Shown here: piece by piece, positions 1-8,430 of the stretch
Layout of the letters: each line of letters opens with the position of its first letter
Numbering within the stretch: position 1 is the stretch's first letter
Source: Anaerolineaceae bacterium UBA1415
GTDB lineage: Bacteria > Chloroflexota > Anaerolineae > Anaerolineales > Anaerolineaceae
Assembly (NCBI GenBank): GCA_002305635.1
Contig: DBPR01000029.1
Location: forward strand, 53,281-117,280
Length of the DNA stretch: 64,000 bases
Reading direction: 5' to 3'
Position numbers and translations under genes: made by a program
Notes under the pieces: model-generated
Seen by the model: the letters and a program-made list of their open reading frames with translations, nothing else
Databases searched by the model: none
Told to the model about the DNA's origin: nothing

Positions 1-928
1 CAAGCCGTCCCAGGATCGAAGTAGGCTCGCCCTGTGAACCTGTTACCAGCAATACAACTTTACTCGCCGGCATGGAAAGGGCGACATCCAGCGAAACCAC
101 CTGACTCTCGTCATATTGCAGGTAGCCAAGCTCTCTGGCAATACGCGCGTTTTCCACCATGCTTAGACCAGTGAAACAAACCTTGCGGTTATAGCGGATG
201 GCAGTATCGAGCACCTGCTGCATGCGCGAGATCAGGCTGGCAAAGGTGGCAATAATGATCCGGCCTTTGGCTTGTTGGAACACATGATCAAACGCAGCAT
301 CAATAACCCGTTCAGAAGGCGTCCAGCCTTTGCGCTCAGCGTTGGTGGAATCAGCCAAAAGCGCCAGGACACCACGGCTGGCCAACTCTGCCAGTTTACC
401 GTAATCGGTTGGCTGGCCGTCGACCGGTGTGTGATCAAATTTGTAATCCCCGGTGTGCACGACCAGACCAGCCGGGGTTTCGATCCCAAGCCCGACGCCA
501 TCCGGCACGGAATGACAGACATGGAAAAAATCGACCTTGAAAGGCCCTATCTGAACAGTTTCACCGGCGTGAACATTGATCAGTTTGGCTTCTTTCGGGA
601 AATTGCGCCGACTGAGTTTGTTCTTGATCAACCCGTTGGTAAGCGGGGTCGCGTAAATTGGCGCGTTTACATGCTCCATTAGATGACCAATGGCGCCGGT
701 ATGGTCTTCGTGACCATGCGTGATGATGATGCCAACCACCTGATCTGCCCGTTGAACCACGTAATCAAAATCGGGGATGATGTAATCGATGCCAATCATG
801 TCGTTATCCGGGAACATCATGCCCGCATCGACGATTAGAATTTGGTTTTGATATTCATAGACGGTCATGTTTTTCCCGACTTCACCGAGACCGCCCAGAG
901 GGATTATTTTTAGTTTTTTATCTTTCAT
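1..928 (-). CDS. rnj: Ribonuclease J (metallo-beta-lactamase/beta-CASP RNase), N-terminal ~309 codons; C-terminus lies beyond the window start
   Basis: My own reverse-strand translation from ATG (complement of 926-928) reads MKDKKLKIIPLGGLGEVGKNMTVYEY... An HGHEDH zinc motif is encoded around 700-720. The frame appears open to position 1. It is missing from the ORF track because it runs off the edge. Confidence 0.85.
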   Translation of the reverse strand, partial: MKDKKLKIIPLGGLGEVGKNMTVYEYQNQILIVDAGMMFPDNDMIGIDYIIPDFDYVVQRADQVVGIIITHGHEDHTGAIGHLMEHVNAPIYATPLTNGLIKNKLSRRNFPKEAKLINVHAGETVQIGPFKVDFFHVCHSVPDGVGLGIETPAGLVVHTGDYKFDHTPVDGQPTDYGKLAELASRGVLALLADSTNAERKGWTPSERVIDAAFDHVFQQAKGRIIIATFASLISRMQQVLDTAIRYNRKVCFTGLSMVENARIARELGYLQYDESQVVSLDVALSMPASKVVLLVTGSQGEPTSILGRL

Positions 929-1071
929 TATTATTCCTAATTTATAAAGTAAACCCGGATTTAATTCCAGGCAATATTCAAAAACAATGGAAATGATCTC
1001 CTGAGAGAACTTTTTCCCGATAGAGTATAGCACAAAGCTTTTTCAGCTAAAAAGCTTGTGGAAAGTGGAAC

Positions 1072-1102
1072 AAAAAAGCTCGCAAAAATGCGAGCCTTTT
1101 TT
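1072..1102 (-). terminator. Intrinsic terminator candidate downstream of the CDP-alcohol phosphatidyltransferase gene
   Basis: Stem GCTCGCA (1078-1084), loop AAAA, stem TGCGAGC (1089-1095), flanked by A6 and T6 runs. It would work in either direction. Confidence 0.6.
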
Positions 1103-1118
1103 GTATTATTTTGCTGAT

Positions 1119-1949
1119 CTAAGCTTCCGGGTCTTTGTCGAGGTGTTGTTTTTCCAGGACGCGGGCAGCTTTCTTTTCTGCTTTCAGCCTTGCTTTTTCG
1201 GCTTTGCGGGCTTCTTTTTCACGGCGGCGGATCAGACGTTCTTCATCATGAGCTGCCAGGATGATGGCAGTGCTGGTGACCTGATAGATATAGTAAAGCA
1301 GGAACAGCACCGCCAGGATGGCAATGATGATGCTGCCGATGGTCATATCAATAACCTGACCCTCAATGGTCGGCTGCCAGATCGATCCGCCAATGCCGGT
1401 GAAAAACATTGTTGTGTTCAGAATGATCGCCATCAGGCGCACTTCCGTTGGGCCGATGCCAATGCTGGTCATCTCAAATGTGCCGGTTACATGGGTTTTG
1501 AGGTACACCTGGATCATCAGCAGGAGCCAGCAGGCAAGAGCGATCATACAGATATCAAAGCGGGCAATGCCAGAAAGCCCAATGCCGCCGAACAGAAGCA
1601 GTGAGGTGATGCCGTCGATCGCGTGGTCGGTGTAATAGCCGTAATTTGGACGTTCATGATGGCGGTAGCGGGCAAGCGTGCCATCAAGGCTGTCGCCAAA
1701 CCAATTAATGATAAAGCCAAGGCTGGCAACAAAAAGCCAGGGGTTGCCTTTGATCTCACCTCTGCCAACCATCACATAAGCAAAACCAGCCAGGATGGAC
1801 CCGAGCAGCCCCAAAACGGTGAGCATATCGGAATTCACCCAGGCAGGCATATTGCGGGCAAAGAATTGCAGGGCAGGCCTTTCGAGCGGGCCCAGTAAAA
1901 TATCGTTGGTGCGTTTGTCTTTTGAAGTATCGTTAATTGTGTTGTCCAT
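1119..1949 (-). CDS. CDP-alcohol phosphatidyltransferase family protein
   Basis: Signature DSLDGTLARYRHHERPNYGYYTDHAID (D-x2-DG-x2-AR...D-x3-D) and a multi-pass membrane profile. I chose the internal ATG at 1949 (MDNTIN...) because GAGG lies 5 nt upstream and the upstream gene stops at 1963. The track start is 1979. Confidence 0.85.
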   Translation of the reverse strand: MDNTINDTSKDKRTNDILLGPLERPALQFFARNMPAWVNSDMLTVLGLLGSILAGFAYVMVGRGEIKGNPWLFVASLGFIINWFGDSLDGTLARYRHHERPNYGYYTDHAIDGITSLLLFGGIGLSGIARFDICMIALACWLLLMIQVYLKTHVTGTFEMTSIGIGPTEVRLMAIILNTTMFFTGIGGSIWQPTIEGQVIDMTIGSIIIAILAVLFLLYYIYQVTSTAIILAAHDEERLIRRREKEARKAEKARLKAEKKAARVLEKQHLDKDPEA

Positions 1950-1962
1950 AAAACCTCGTTTA

Positions 1963-2883
1963 TTATAGTAAATGCTCAATGATGGGTTTGACCTCGGGCC
2001 AAACCGGATAAAACATAGCCCAGTTCTGGGCGTGCTCGCGAATCATGACCTCGGCCTCGCGCAGAACCTTGCCGACATTAATTAAATTCTCTTCAACCAG
2101 ATCAGGACGGGCCTCCATCTCAATTGGTTTGGAAGAATCGATCAGAAAATCACCATTTTCTTGTCTGACTCCACAGGCTACCCTGGCGACCGCTCCGGTT
2201 TCCAGACAAAGACGGGCGTAAAAACTGGGCAAAGCAGCTGGGCGGCCAAAGAATTCATGTTTATACTTGGCGTCTTCCTGGTTTTCAAGCGGCCGATCCA
2301 TGCCGGTAACCAGCGCCTTGCCTTCTTTGAGCGCTTGTTTGGCGCCCCGAAAGGCGCTGAAGGAAAGCGGGTGAATGTCCATTCCAACGGCTGCCCGCAG
2401 CTTGTTCTGGGCTTTATAGGCATTGTTGGGGTTGGGGTAAGCCAAAACATAAACAGGCACATTCAGCCAGCATAGCGTCATGCCAAACAAGTCAAAATTG
2501 CCGATATGCGGCCCCAGAACAAAGGTGGGCACCTTCCGGTCACGCATATCCCTGACTGCGTTTTGAGCTTCAGGCGTGAGATGGATCGATCTCTTCCCCT
2601 CTTCAGGGTGTTGATAGTAATAAAAATATTCAAAAAGCGAGGTCACCATGGAAGTCGTGACCTTGAGCGTTTGTTCCTGCAGTTGTTCCTGGTTCAGACT
2701 CTCACCAGTAACAACCCATTGATTGGCTTTGATATTTTTTATCTGGTTGCTTTTTTGTCTGGAAGCAAGTACCTTTCCGCCAAAACCTGCCATCTTTCGC
2801 AGCGTGGGAAGCGAAAACGTTCTCCCTCCCCACATACCTGCGCTGATTGCCGCGGAGTCCTGAAGAAATTCTTTGAGTGCCAT
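1963..2883 (-). CDS. Lipid acyltransferase of the LpxL/HtrB (PatA-like) lysophospholipid acyltransferase superfamily
   Basis: 306-aa ORF with an HIGNFD (H-x4-D) acyltransferase motif. It sits directly upstream of the CDP-alcohol phosphatidyltransferase gene. Confidence 0.7.
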   Translation of the reverse strand: MALKEFLQDSAAISAGMWGGRTFSLPTLRKMAGFGGKVLASRQKSNQIKNIKANQWVVTGESLNQEQLQEQTLKVTTSMVTSLFEYFYYYQHPEEGKRSIHLTPEAQNAVRDMRDRKVPTFVLGPHIGNFDLFGMTLCWLNVPVYVLAYPNPNNAYKAQNKLRAAVGMDIHPLSFSAFRGAKQALKEGKALVTGMDRPLENQEDAKYKHEFFGRPAALPSFYARLCLETGAVARVACGVRQENGDFLIDSSKPIEMEARPDLVEENLINVGKVLREAEVMIREHAQNWAMFYPVWPEVKPIIEHLL

Positions 2884-2964
2884 GGTTATTAAATTTTACT
2901 CTATGAATTTAATAACACATTAACAATAAAAGGGTTTGCTTTTCTCCATTTGTAATGACAATTG

Positions 2965-3804
2965 TCACTTGTTTCTGACAGCCTGTACTTTTTTCACCAA
3001 AGCGGATAGCAGATAAACGCCAGAAGCCAAAAGAATAATGACCGGGCCAGTTTGCAGGTTGGTCTGGTAAGAAATGACCAGGCCAAGAAAACAAAACAAA
3101 GCGCTTAAAAAGGTCGAAAGCGCCATGATGCCGCGCATATCCTTGAGGAAGATGCGGGCGATGGCGGCTGGGATCGTGAGTAGCGCGATGACGAGGATGA
3201 GCCCGACCATGCGCATTGAAACCACAACCGTCAGGCCGATCAGCACCAGCATGGTCAGATAGATCAGATTGACATGAGCGTTGCGAACGGTGCTGAAAGT
3301 TTCATCGTAAGAAATTGCCAGCAAATTGCGGTAACTGAGCACAACAAATGCCAGAACAAGCAGCGAAACGACTGCCATCAGCTTAAGATCACTGGCGGAG
3401 ACGGCTAAGATGCTGCCAAAAAGATAGCTCATCAGATTAGCCTTGTAGCCCGGCGTCATGGCAATGAAAATGATGCCAACTGCCATGCCGATCGACCACA
3501 TCACCCCAATTAAGGTGTCCGCACCGGTTTTGGACTTGCGATGAGCAACGCCCATCACCAGAGCCGAGAGCGAGCTGAAGAGCAAAGCGCCGAGCATCGG
3601 GTCTTGCCCAAAATAGTAAGCCAGACCAACCCCGCCGTAAGCCGCGTGGGCGATCCCGCCGCTAAGCGAAACGATGCGGTTGAGGACGACCAGGGTGCCA
3701 ATGATGCCGATCGCCAGGCTGATCCACAGGCTGGCCAAAAGCGCGTTCTGCATGAAACCGTAAGAAAAGATGGTTCTAATTTGTTCGATCATGCTCTTCT
3801 CCAT
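2965..3804 (-). CDS. znuB: Zinc/manganese ABC transporter permease
   Basis: 279-aa polytopic membrane ORF of the ZnuB/MntB type. It is the last gene of the zur-znuA-znuC-znuB string and overlaps the end of znuC. Confidence 0.85.
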   Translation of the reverse strand: MEKSMIEQIRTIFSYGFMQNALLASLWISLAIGIIGTLVVLNRIVSLSGGIAHAAYGGVGLAYYFGQDPMLGALLFSSLSALVMGVAHRKSKTGADTLIGVMWSIGMAVGIIFIAMTPGYKANLMSYLFGSILAVSASDLKLMAVVSLLVLAFVVLSYRNLLAISYDETFSTVRNAHVNLIYLTMLVLIGLTVVVSMRMVGLILVIALLTIPAAIARIFLKDMRGIMALSTFLSALFCFLGLVISYQTNLQTGPVIILLASGVYLLSALVKKVQAVRNK

Positions 3805-4564
3805 GCTGGTGGCTGGGCAAGACCCGATGCGGCAGGCCGTGCGCGATCAGATCGATCGGGCATTCGTAGGCTGAATGCAGCATGTCCTCGGTGATCTCCT
3901 TGCTGTGATGATAAAACAGCTGCCGGTTGACGCAGCCGATGGTTTTGACATAGGTGGAAATGGCGGTCAGGTCGTGTGAGATCAACAGGATCGCGATACG
4001 CTCATTCAGCTCAGCCAGAAGTTCGTAAAGCTGGGTGCTGGACTGGCTGTCAACCGATGAGGTTGGCTCATCCAGCAAAAGGATCTTCGGTTCGGTCGCC
4101 AGCGCGCGTGAGATATAGACACGCTGACGCTGCCCACCGGATAGTTCATTCATCGTCCGTTTGCGCAAATCGAGCATGTTGGTTTGTTCGAGCGCTTTTT
4201 CGATCGCTTCTTTATCGTGCGGGCTTAAAAAGGTGTTCGAAAACAAGCCTGGCTTCAGACGTCCCATCGCGACCACGTCCCAGACACTGATCGGGAAGTG
4301 CTTATCCTCCACCTGGAACTGGGGCACGTAGCCGACATGGCGGCGGCCTTCTTTGGGGCTGGCGCCCATGACGGTGATCTTGCCGCGGTCGGGCTGCAGC
4401 AAGCCGAGAATTACGCGGATCAGGGTGGTCTTGCCGCCGCCGTTAGGCCCGATCAGGCCAACATAATCGTCCTGATACATGTCAAAGTTGACATCCTCCA
4501 GGACGGTATCGGCTTCATAGCCAGCCCACAGATCAGAAATTGAGATGACTGCTTGCCTGAACAT
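3776..4564 (-). CDS. znuC: Zinc ABC transporter ATP-binding protein
   Basis: Walker A GPNGGGKTT, signature LSGGQRQR, Walker B LLLDEP. Confidence 0.85.
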   Translation of the reverse strand: MFRQAVISISDLWAGYEADTVLEDVNFDMYQDDYVGLIGPNGGGKTTLIRVILGLLQPDRGKITVMGASPKEGRRHVGYVPQFQVEDKHFPISVWDVVAMGRLKPGLFSNTFLSPHDKEAIEKALEQTNMLDLRKRTMNELSGGQRQRVYISRALATEPKILLLDEPTSSVDSQSSTQLYELLAELNERIAILLISHDLTAISTYVKTIGCVNRQLFYHHSKEITEDMLHSAYECPIDLIAHGLPHRVLPSHQHGEEHDRTN

Positions 4565-4570
4565 ATGATC

Positions 4571-5491
4571 CTAATTCAACGCCTTTTGGAGCGCCTGACC
4601 GATCCCGAGCAGGTTTGCTTCCCAGTCGTAGGCCAGGGGATCAAACTCGACGACCGTTTCGATGCCAGCCTGGTCGGCCAGCGCGTTTGCGCTGGCGATG
4701 TTGCTGCCCTGCTGGGCAAAGAGCGTATGGATGCCATATTCCTGCGAGGCGTTCAACAGGGCCGCCATTTGGGCTGGGGTCGGTTCCTGACCGTCAACTT
4801 CCACAGGCAGCATGATCAAGTTGTACTCATCGGCAAGATAACCGAGCGAGGGATGGACGATCAGGAATTGCTGCCGGGCTGGCTGGGCCAGCATAGTGCT
4901 CAATTGCTCCTCGATGCTGCTGATCTTCTGCAAACAGGCTTTGAGATTGCTCGCATAGACGGCGGCATTGTCGGCATCCGCAAGTTTGAGCGCCTCGGCT
5001 GCCTGGATGGCAAATTGCTTCATGCCGCTGGGGCTAAGCCAGACGTGTGGGTCAAGCCCATCATGGTGGTGCTCTTCGTGAGCATGATCTTCATGCTCTT
5101 CGTCTTCGGTCAGGCTTTCAGGCACATTGATGCGCTCGATGCCCTCAGAAACGTCCTTAACCAGCAGGTTTTTGTTGTTGGATTGAAAACGTGGGATCCA
5201 GACCTCTTCAAACTCAACCTGAATGGAAAGATAAAGATCAGCCTGGCTGACCGCTGTCATTTGCGCCGGGCTGGGCTCGTAGCTGTGTGGGTCGTCGCCG
5301 CTGACGGTCAGGCTTTGCACCTGAACCAGGTTGCCGCCAATTTGTTCCACCAGCCACTGCAGCGGAGGAATGCTGACGATGACTTTCAGACCCTGATCTT
5401 CATTGGGATCCGCGGTTTCGTTTTGCGGTTTTGTTACGCAGGCGCTCAGCATAAAAATAAGCACGAACAGGATTAAAAATACTTTCTTCAT
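4571..5491 (-). CDS. znuA: Metal (zinc) ABC transporter substrate-binding lipoprotein
   Basis: Lipoprotein signal MKKVFLILFVLIFMLSAC and a His/acidic loop EDEEHEDHAHEEHHHD typical of ZnuA. I chose the start at 5491 (MKKVF). The track start 5527 would overlap zur. Confidence 0.85.
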   Translation of the reverse strand: MKKVFLILFVLIFMLSACVTKPQNETADPNEDQGLKVIVSIPPLQWLVEQIGGNLVQVQSLTVSGDDPHSYEPSPAQMTAVSQADLYLSIQVEFEEVWIPRFQSNNKNLLVKDVSEGIERINVPESLTEDEEHEDHAHEEHHHDGLDPHVWLSPSGMKQFAIQAAEALKLADADNAAVYASNLKACLQKISSIEEQLSTMLAQPARQQFLIVHPSLGYLADEYNLIMLPVEVDGQEPTPAQMAALLNASQEYGIHTLFAQQGSNIASANALADQAGIETVVEFDPLAYDWEANLLGIGQALQKALN

Positions 5492-5502
5492 TTCGACACT
5501 CT

Positions 5503-5919
5503 TTATTTGGATTGGCAACCAGGACAAATGCCGTAAAGCTGGAGCAAATGATCACGTACCTGAAAAGCAGTTTCAGCTTCAACGCGCTGAATCAGTTCGT
5601 CAATATCGTCAGAACCGGAAAATTCAAGCGCCTGATGGCACTGCTGACAGACGATGTGATGATGATGCCCTGCGGAGCTGATGACATAGCCCGGGTTGCG
5701 CTCGGGATCATAAACAATGGCAACAAGTTCAAGCTGAGCGAGCAGGTCGAGCGTTCGGTAGACGCTGACCAGCCCCAGATCGCAGCCCTGCGCCAGCAAT
5801 TGGGCGTGGATCTGCTGCGGGGTCAGGGGCAGCCCCGCGCCTGAGAGCAATTCCATGATGCGCACGCGCGGCTGCGTAACGCGATATCCATTTATTGAAA
5901 GAATTTCCTGCCAGCTCAT
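5503..5919 (-). CDS. zur: Fur-family transcriptional regulator, probably Zur
   Basis: Winged-helix N-terminus, HHHH-x-C-x2-C and C-x2-C metal sites (HHHHIVCQQC, CPGC). It heads the znu operon. I chose the start at 5919 (MSWQEIL) with AAGGAA 4 nt upstream. Confidence 0.8.
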   Translation of the reverse strand: MSWQEILSINGYRVTQPRVRIMELLSGAGLPLTPQQIHAQLLAQGCDLGLVSVYRTLDLLAQLELVAIVYDPERNPGYVISSAGHHHHIVCQQCHQALEFSGSDDIDELIQRVEAETAFQVRDHLLQLYGICPGCQSK

Positions 5920-5926
5920 TGTTTCC

Positions 5927-5949
5927 TTATTGAAAAAGTTTATCAATAA
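5927..5949. promoter_or_regulatory. AT-rich 7-9-7 palindrome, candidate Zur/Fur box
   Basis: TTATTGA-aaaagttta-TCAATAA lies immediately upstream of the preferred zur start and overlaps its RBS. Confidence 0.4.
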
Positions 5950-6083
5950 GCGAGTATACATGGGAAGTGACGATTTGAAAAGGGGATGTAGAAGCGGTGT
6001 TGGATGTAGGAAGAAATTAAATCAAAGGGTTTCTTCTCTTGATGGTTCAATGTAGGGCGAGACAAAGTGCCCGCCAGGGTATT

Positions 6084-6114
6084 GAACATGGTTTCAGATT
6101 TTGAAACCATGTTC
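6084..6114. terminator. Perfect 13-bp stem hairpin downstream of the fucosidase gene (weak terminator candidate)
   Basis: GAACATGGTTTCA-gattt-TGAAACCATGTTC lies 17 nt past the stop of the minus-strand gene. No U-tract follows on the minus strand, so confidence is low. Confidence 0.35.
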
Positions 6115-6131
6115 GATCCGCCGTTGGTTTG

Positions 6132-7394
6132 TTACAACAAAGCCTCCACCTCAAAAGGCGAGCCTTCAAGATCAACTTCGATCACCCATGCGAGATCGTT
6201 ATCGGAGCAGAGAGTTTGGGGGAGACTGATCGCCCAATGCCCAAAGCCCTCCAGGTCTTTGCCAACCCGTAAAGGCAGTTCTTCTCCGCTCGCCAGCAAG
6301 CGCGCGGCAAGGGCAGGCGTGCGCATATGATAGAGCGAAAGCGTTTTACCGACCCAGCGCTCAGGGTTTAAAAGGTGGATATAGAGCTTGCCGGGTTTTT
6401 CCGTAAAATAGAGGCCGTCAAACTCAAAAACGTATTCCTGAGCGGGGCTGGTATCAAAAAGTGAAACCCCGTTCGCCTTCAGATGCTCGCCAAGCCGGTC
6501 AAGGATTCCTGCACTTGCTTCTGGAATGCTCCCATCCCCTCGCGGCCCGATATTAAGCAGAAGGTTGCCGCCCCGACTTACCGTTTTCATCAGTTTCTCC
6601 AAAACCAGGGCGGGCGAAGTCCAGTTCTGATCCGATGCCTTGTAGCCCCAGCTCGCGTTGAGCGTGACCGGAACTTCCCAGGGGGAAAGCAAGGCCTGAC
6701 GTGGGATGCGGTTGTCCGCCATGGTCAGATAATCGCCCAGGCCGTGCCCGATGCGTCCGTTGATGAGGCAATTCAGCTGCAGCTCCCGTACCAGGTTGAC
6801 CAGGCGCAGGCTTTGGGCGCGGCTCATTTCCATTGGCGTGTCAAACCAGAGCATGCCGATGGTGCCATAATTGCTGAGCAGTTCCCGAACCTGCGGCAGG
6901 CAGATTTGCTTGAAATAAGCCTCAAATGCTGCCGGATCGTTCGGGTGATAGGCGCGGTAACCGCCCGAGTGGTGCCAGTCCTGCGCCTGGGAGTAGTACA
7001 GGCAAAAGGTTAGCCCCTCCTGCTGGCAGGCCTGGGCCAGTTCGGCCACAAAATTACGCCCACAGGGGCTGGCGCTGACGTTGTTGAAGTCGCTGACCTT
7101 GGAATCAAAGAGCGCGAAGCCGTCGTGATGTTTGGCGGTGAAGCAGAGGTAGCGCATTCCCCATGCTTTGGCTTTACGAACGATCTCTTTTGCATCAAAA
7201 AACGTGGGATTAAATTGGCTGGCTAATTGGGCATAATCGTCGGGTGGTATTTCCAGATCGTTTTGGATCCATTCCGCCAATCCCGGGGTCTCCTGCCCTC
7301 GCCACTTGCCAGCCAGGAGCGAATAAAGCCCGAAATGAATGAACAAGCCATATTTGGCGTTTTTGAACCAGGTGAGTTTGTGCTCTTGTTCCAT
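6132..7394 (-). CDS. Alpha-L-fucosidase (GH29)
   Basis: 420-aa ORF with a KYGLFIHFGLYS N-terminal block and overall GH29-like layout. Confidence 0.8.
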   Translation of the reverse strand: MEQEHKLTWFKNAKYGLFIHFGLYSLLAGKWRGQETPGLAEWIQNDLEIPPDDYAQLASQFNPTFFDAKEIVRKAKAWGMRYLCFTAKHHDGFALFDSKVSDFNNVSASPCGRNFVAELAQACQQEGLTFCLYYSQAQDWHHSGGYRAYHPNDPAAFEAYFKQICLPQVRELLSNYGTIGMLWFDTPMEMSRAQSLRLVNLVRELQLNCLINGRIGHGLGDYLTMADNRIPRQALLSPWEVPVTLNASWGYKASDQNWTSPALVLEKLMKTVSRGGNLLLNIGPRGDGSIPEASAGILDRLGEHLKANGVSLFDTSPAQEYVFEFDGLYFTEKPGKLYIHLLNPERWVGKTLSLYHMRTPALAARLLASGEELPLRVGKDLEGFGHWAISLPQTLCSDNDLAWVIEVDLEGSPFEVEALL

Positions 7395-7412
7395 ATATTA
7401 ATCGTATCATAT

Positions 7413-7600
7413 TAAGCCTTCGCCCATTGGGAGAAGGTGCCCGAAGGGCGGACTGCTTGCGCTCTGGATACCAGAGTGAGGGGGTTGCCCGCAGGGCAAA
7501 CTGATTACTCTGAGTACAGGATGAAGGCCAAATATTGCCTTGTGGTTCTAAAGCCTTCTCCACGGGGAGAAGGGGAACCACGAAGTGGTGGATGAGGGGT
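7413..7600. repeat. Two copies of the AAGCCTTC-headed GC-rich REP-like element
   Basis: TAAGCCTTCGCCCATTGGGAGAAGGTGCCCGAAGGGCGG (7413-) and TAAAGCCTTCTCCACGGGGAGAAGGGG...GGATGAGGGGT (7549-7600). The same element recurs at 46514 and 46684. Confidence 0.55.
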
Positions 7601-7829
7601 TTTGCTTGGATAGACGTACAAATTCATACCAATACAAAAAAACACAGCAAAGATAACGGCGAAATAGACCTGATTTTTGCAAAAATAATGTTCAATATCG
7701 CCCTACATTTTTTATCACCGGGGACTTGTTGGCAATCTCCCAACATACCTGCTAAAAAACGTTGAAATATGGGCAGGCTTTGTTATAATCTCATGGCTTG
7801 TTAAACTACAGGCAGAAGGATGAAGAAAA

Positions 7830-8363
7830 ATGAATACTGTTCAATACAATACCGTTGTACAATTTGCTTATAACCTGACCGTTGACGGTGAGGAAGTTGA
7901 ATCTAATTTGCTGGAATATCTGCACGGGCATGGCAACATCATCCCCGGGCTTGAACACGAGCTGATGGATATGCAGGAGGGCGAGCAGAAAAAGGTCTTG
8001 GTCGCGGCTGCCGATGCTTACGGCGAGTTTGACCCCAATATGGTGGTGAAAGTCGATCGTGCCTCTTTTCCTGAGGATTTCGAGATCCAGTTGGGCGAGC
8101 CGATGAATTTGCGTGACCAGTCCGGACACATGTTCCAGGCCATCGCGGTCGCGCTGGATGAAGACTCGGTCGATCTCGATCTGAACCATCCCATGGCCGG
8201 GAAAAACCTCGAATTTGACGTCACCATCCTTTCGATCCGTCCCGCCACGGAAGAAGAGATCGCTCACGGTCACCTGCATTATCAGGGCGGCTGCTCGGGC
8301 TGTTCCTCTGACTCCGATTGCGGCGATGGCTGCGGTGACAGCTGCTGCGACGGATGTTGCTAA
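7830..8363 (+). CDS. slyD: FKBP-type peptidyl-prolyl isomerase SlyD with a Cys-rich C-terminal tail
   Basis: FKBP plus IF-domain pattern (YLHGHGNIIPGLEHELMDM, DLNHPMAGKNLEFDV). The tail is GGCSGCSSDSDCGDGCGDSCCDGCC. Confidence 0.85.
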   Translation: MNTVQYNTVVQFAYNLTVDGEEVESNLLEYLHGHGNIIPGLEHELMDMQEGEQKKVLVAAADAYGEFDPNMVVKVDRASFPEDFEIQLGEPMNLRDQSGHMFQAIAVALDEDSVDLDLNHPMAGKNLEFDVTILSIRPATEEEIAHGHLHYQGGCSGCSSDSDCGDGCGDSCCDGCC

Positions 8364-8376
8364 GACATTGACAATC

Positions 8377-8421
8377 AAAAAGCCCTCCCTTTGTTTTCAA
8401 AAGGAGGGCTTTTTCGTTTTT
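8377..8421. terminator. Bidirectional intrinsic terminator between slyD (+) and pepT (-)
   Basis: AGCCCTCC (8381-8388) pairs with GGAGGGCT (8403-8410). It is flanked by an A-run upstream and TTTTCGTTTTT downstream. Confidence 0.75.
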
Positions 8422-8430
8422 ATAAGAGAT

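Noticed and set aside
4553-5476. Long antisense ORFs opposite well-supported genes. Examples are 4553-5476 (+), 8518-9633 (+), 16504-17523 (+), 18268-19422 (+), 22618-23454 (+), 23591-24283 (-), 43318-44247 (-) and 44658-45293 (-).
   Set aside because: In each case the opposite strand encodes a protein with clear family motifs (ZnuA, PepT, DsbA-PPIase, R3H ATPase, HMGR, TrxB, sugar dehydrogenase, epimerase). The antisense translations are low-complexity.
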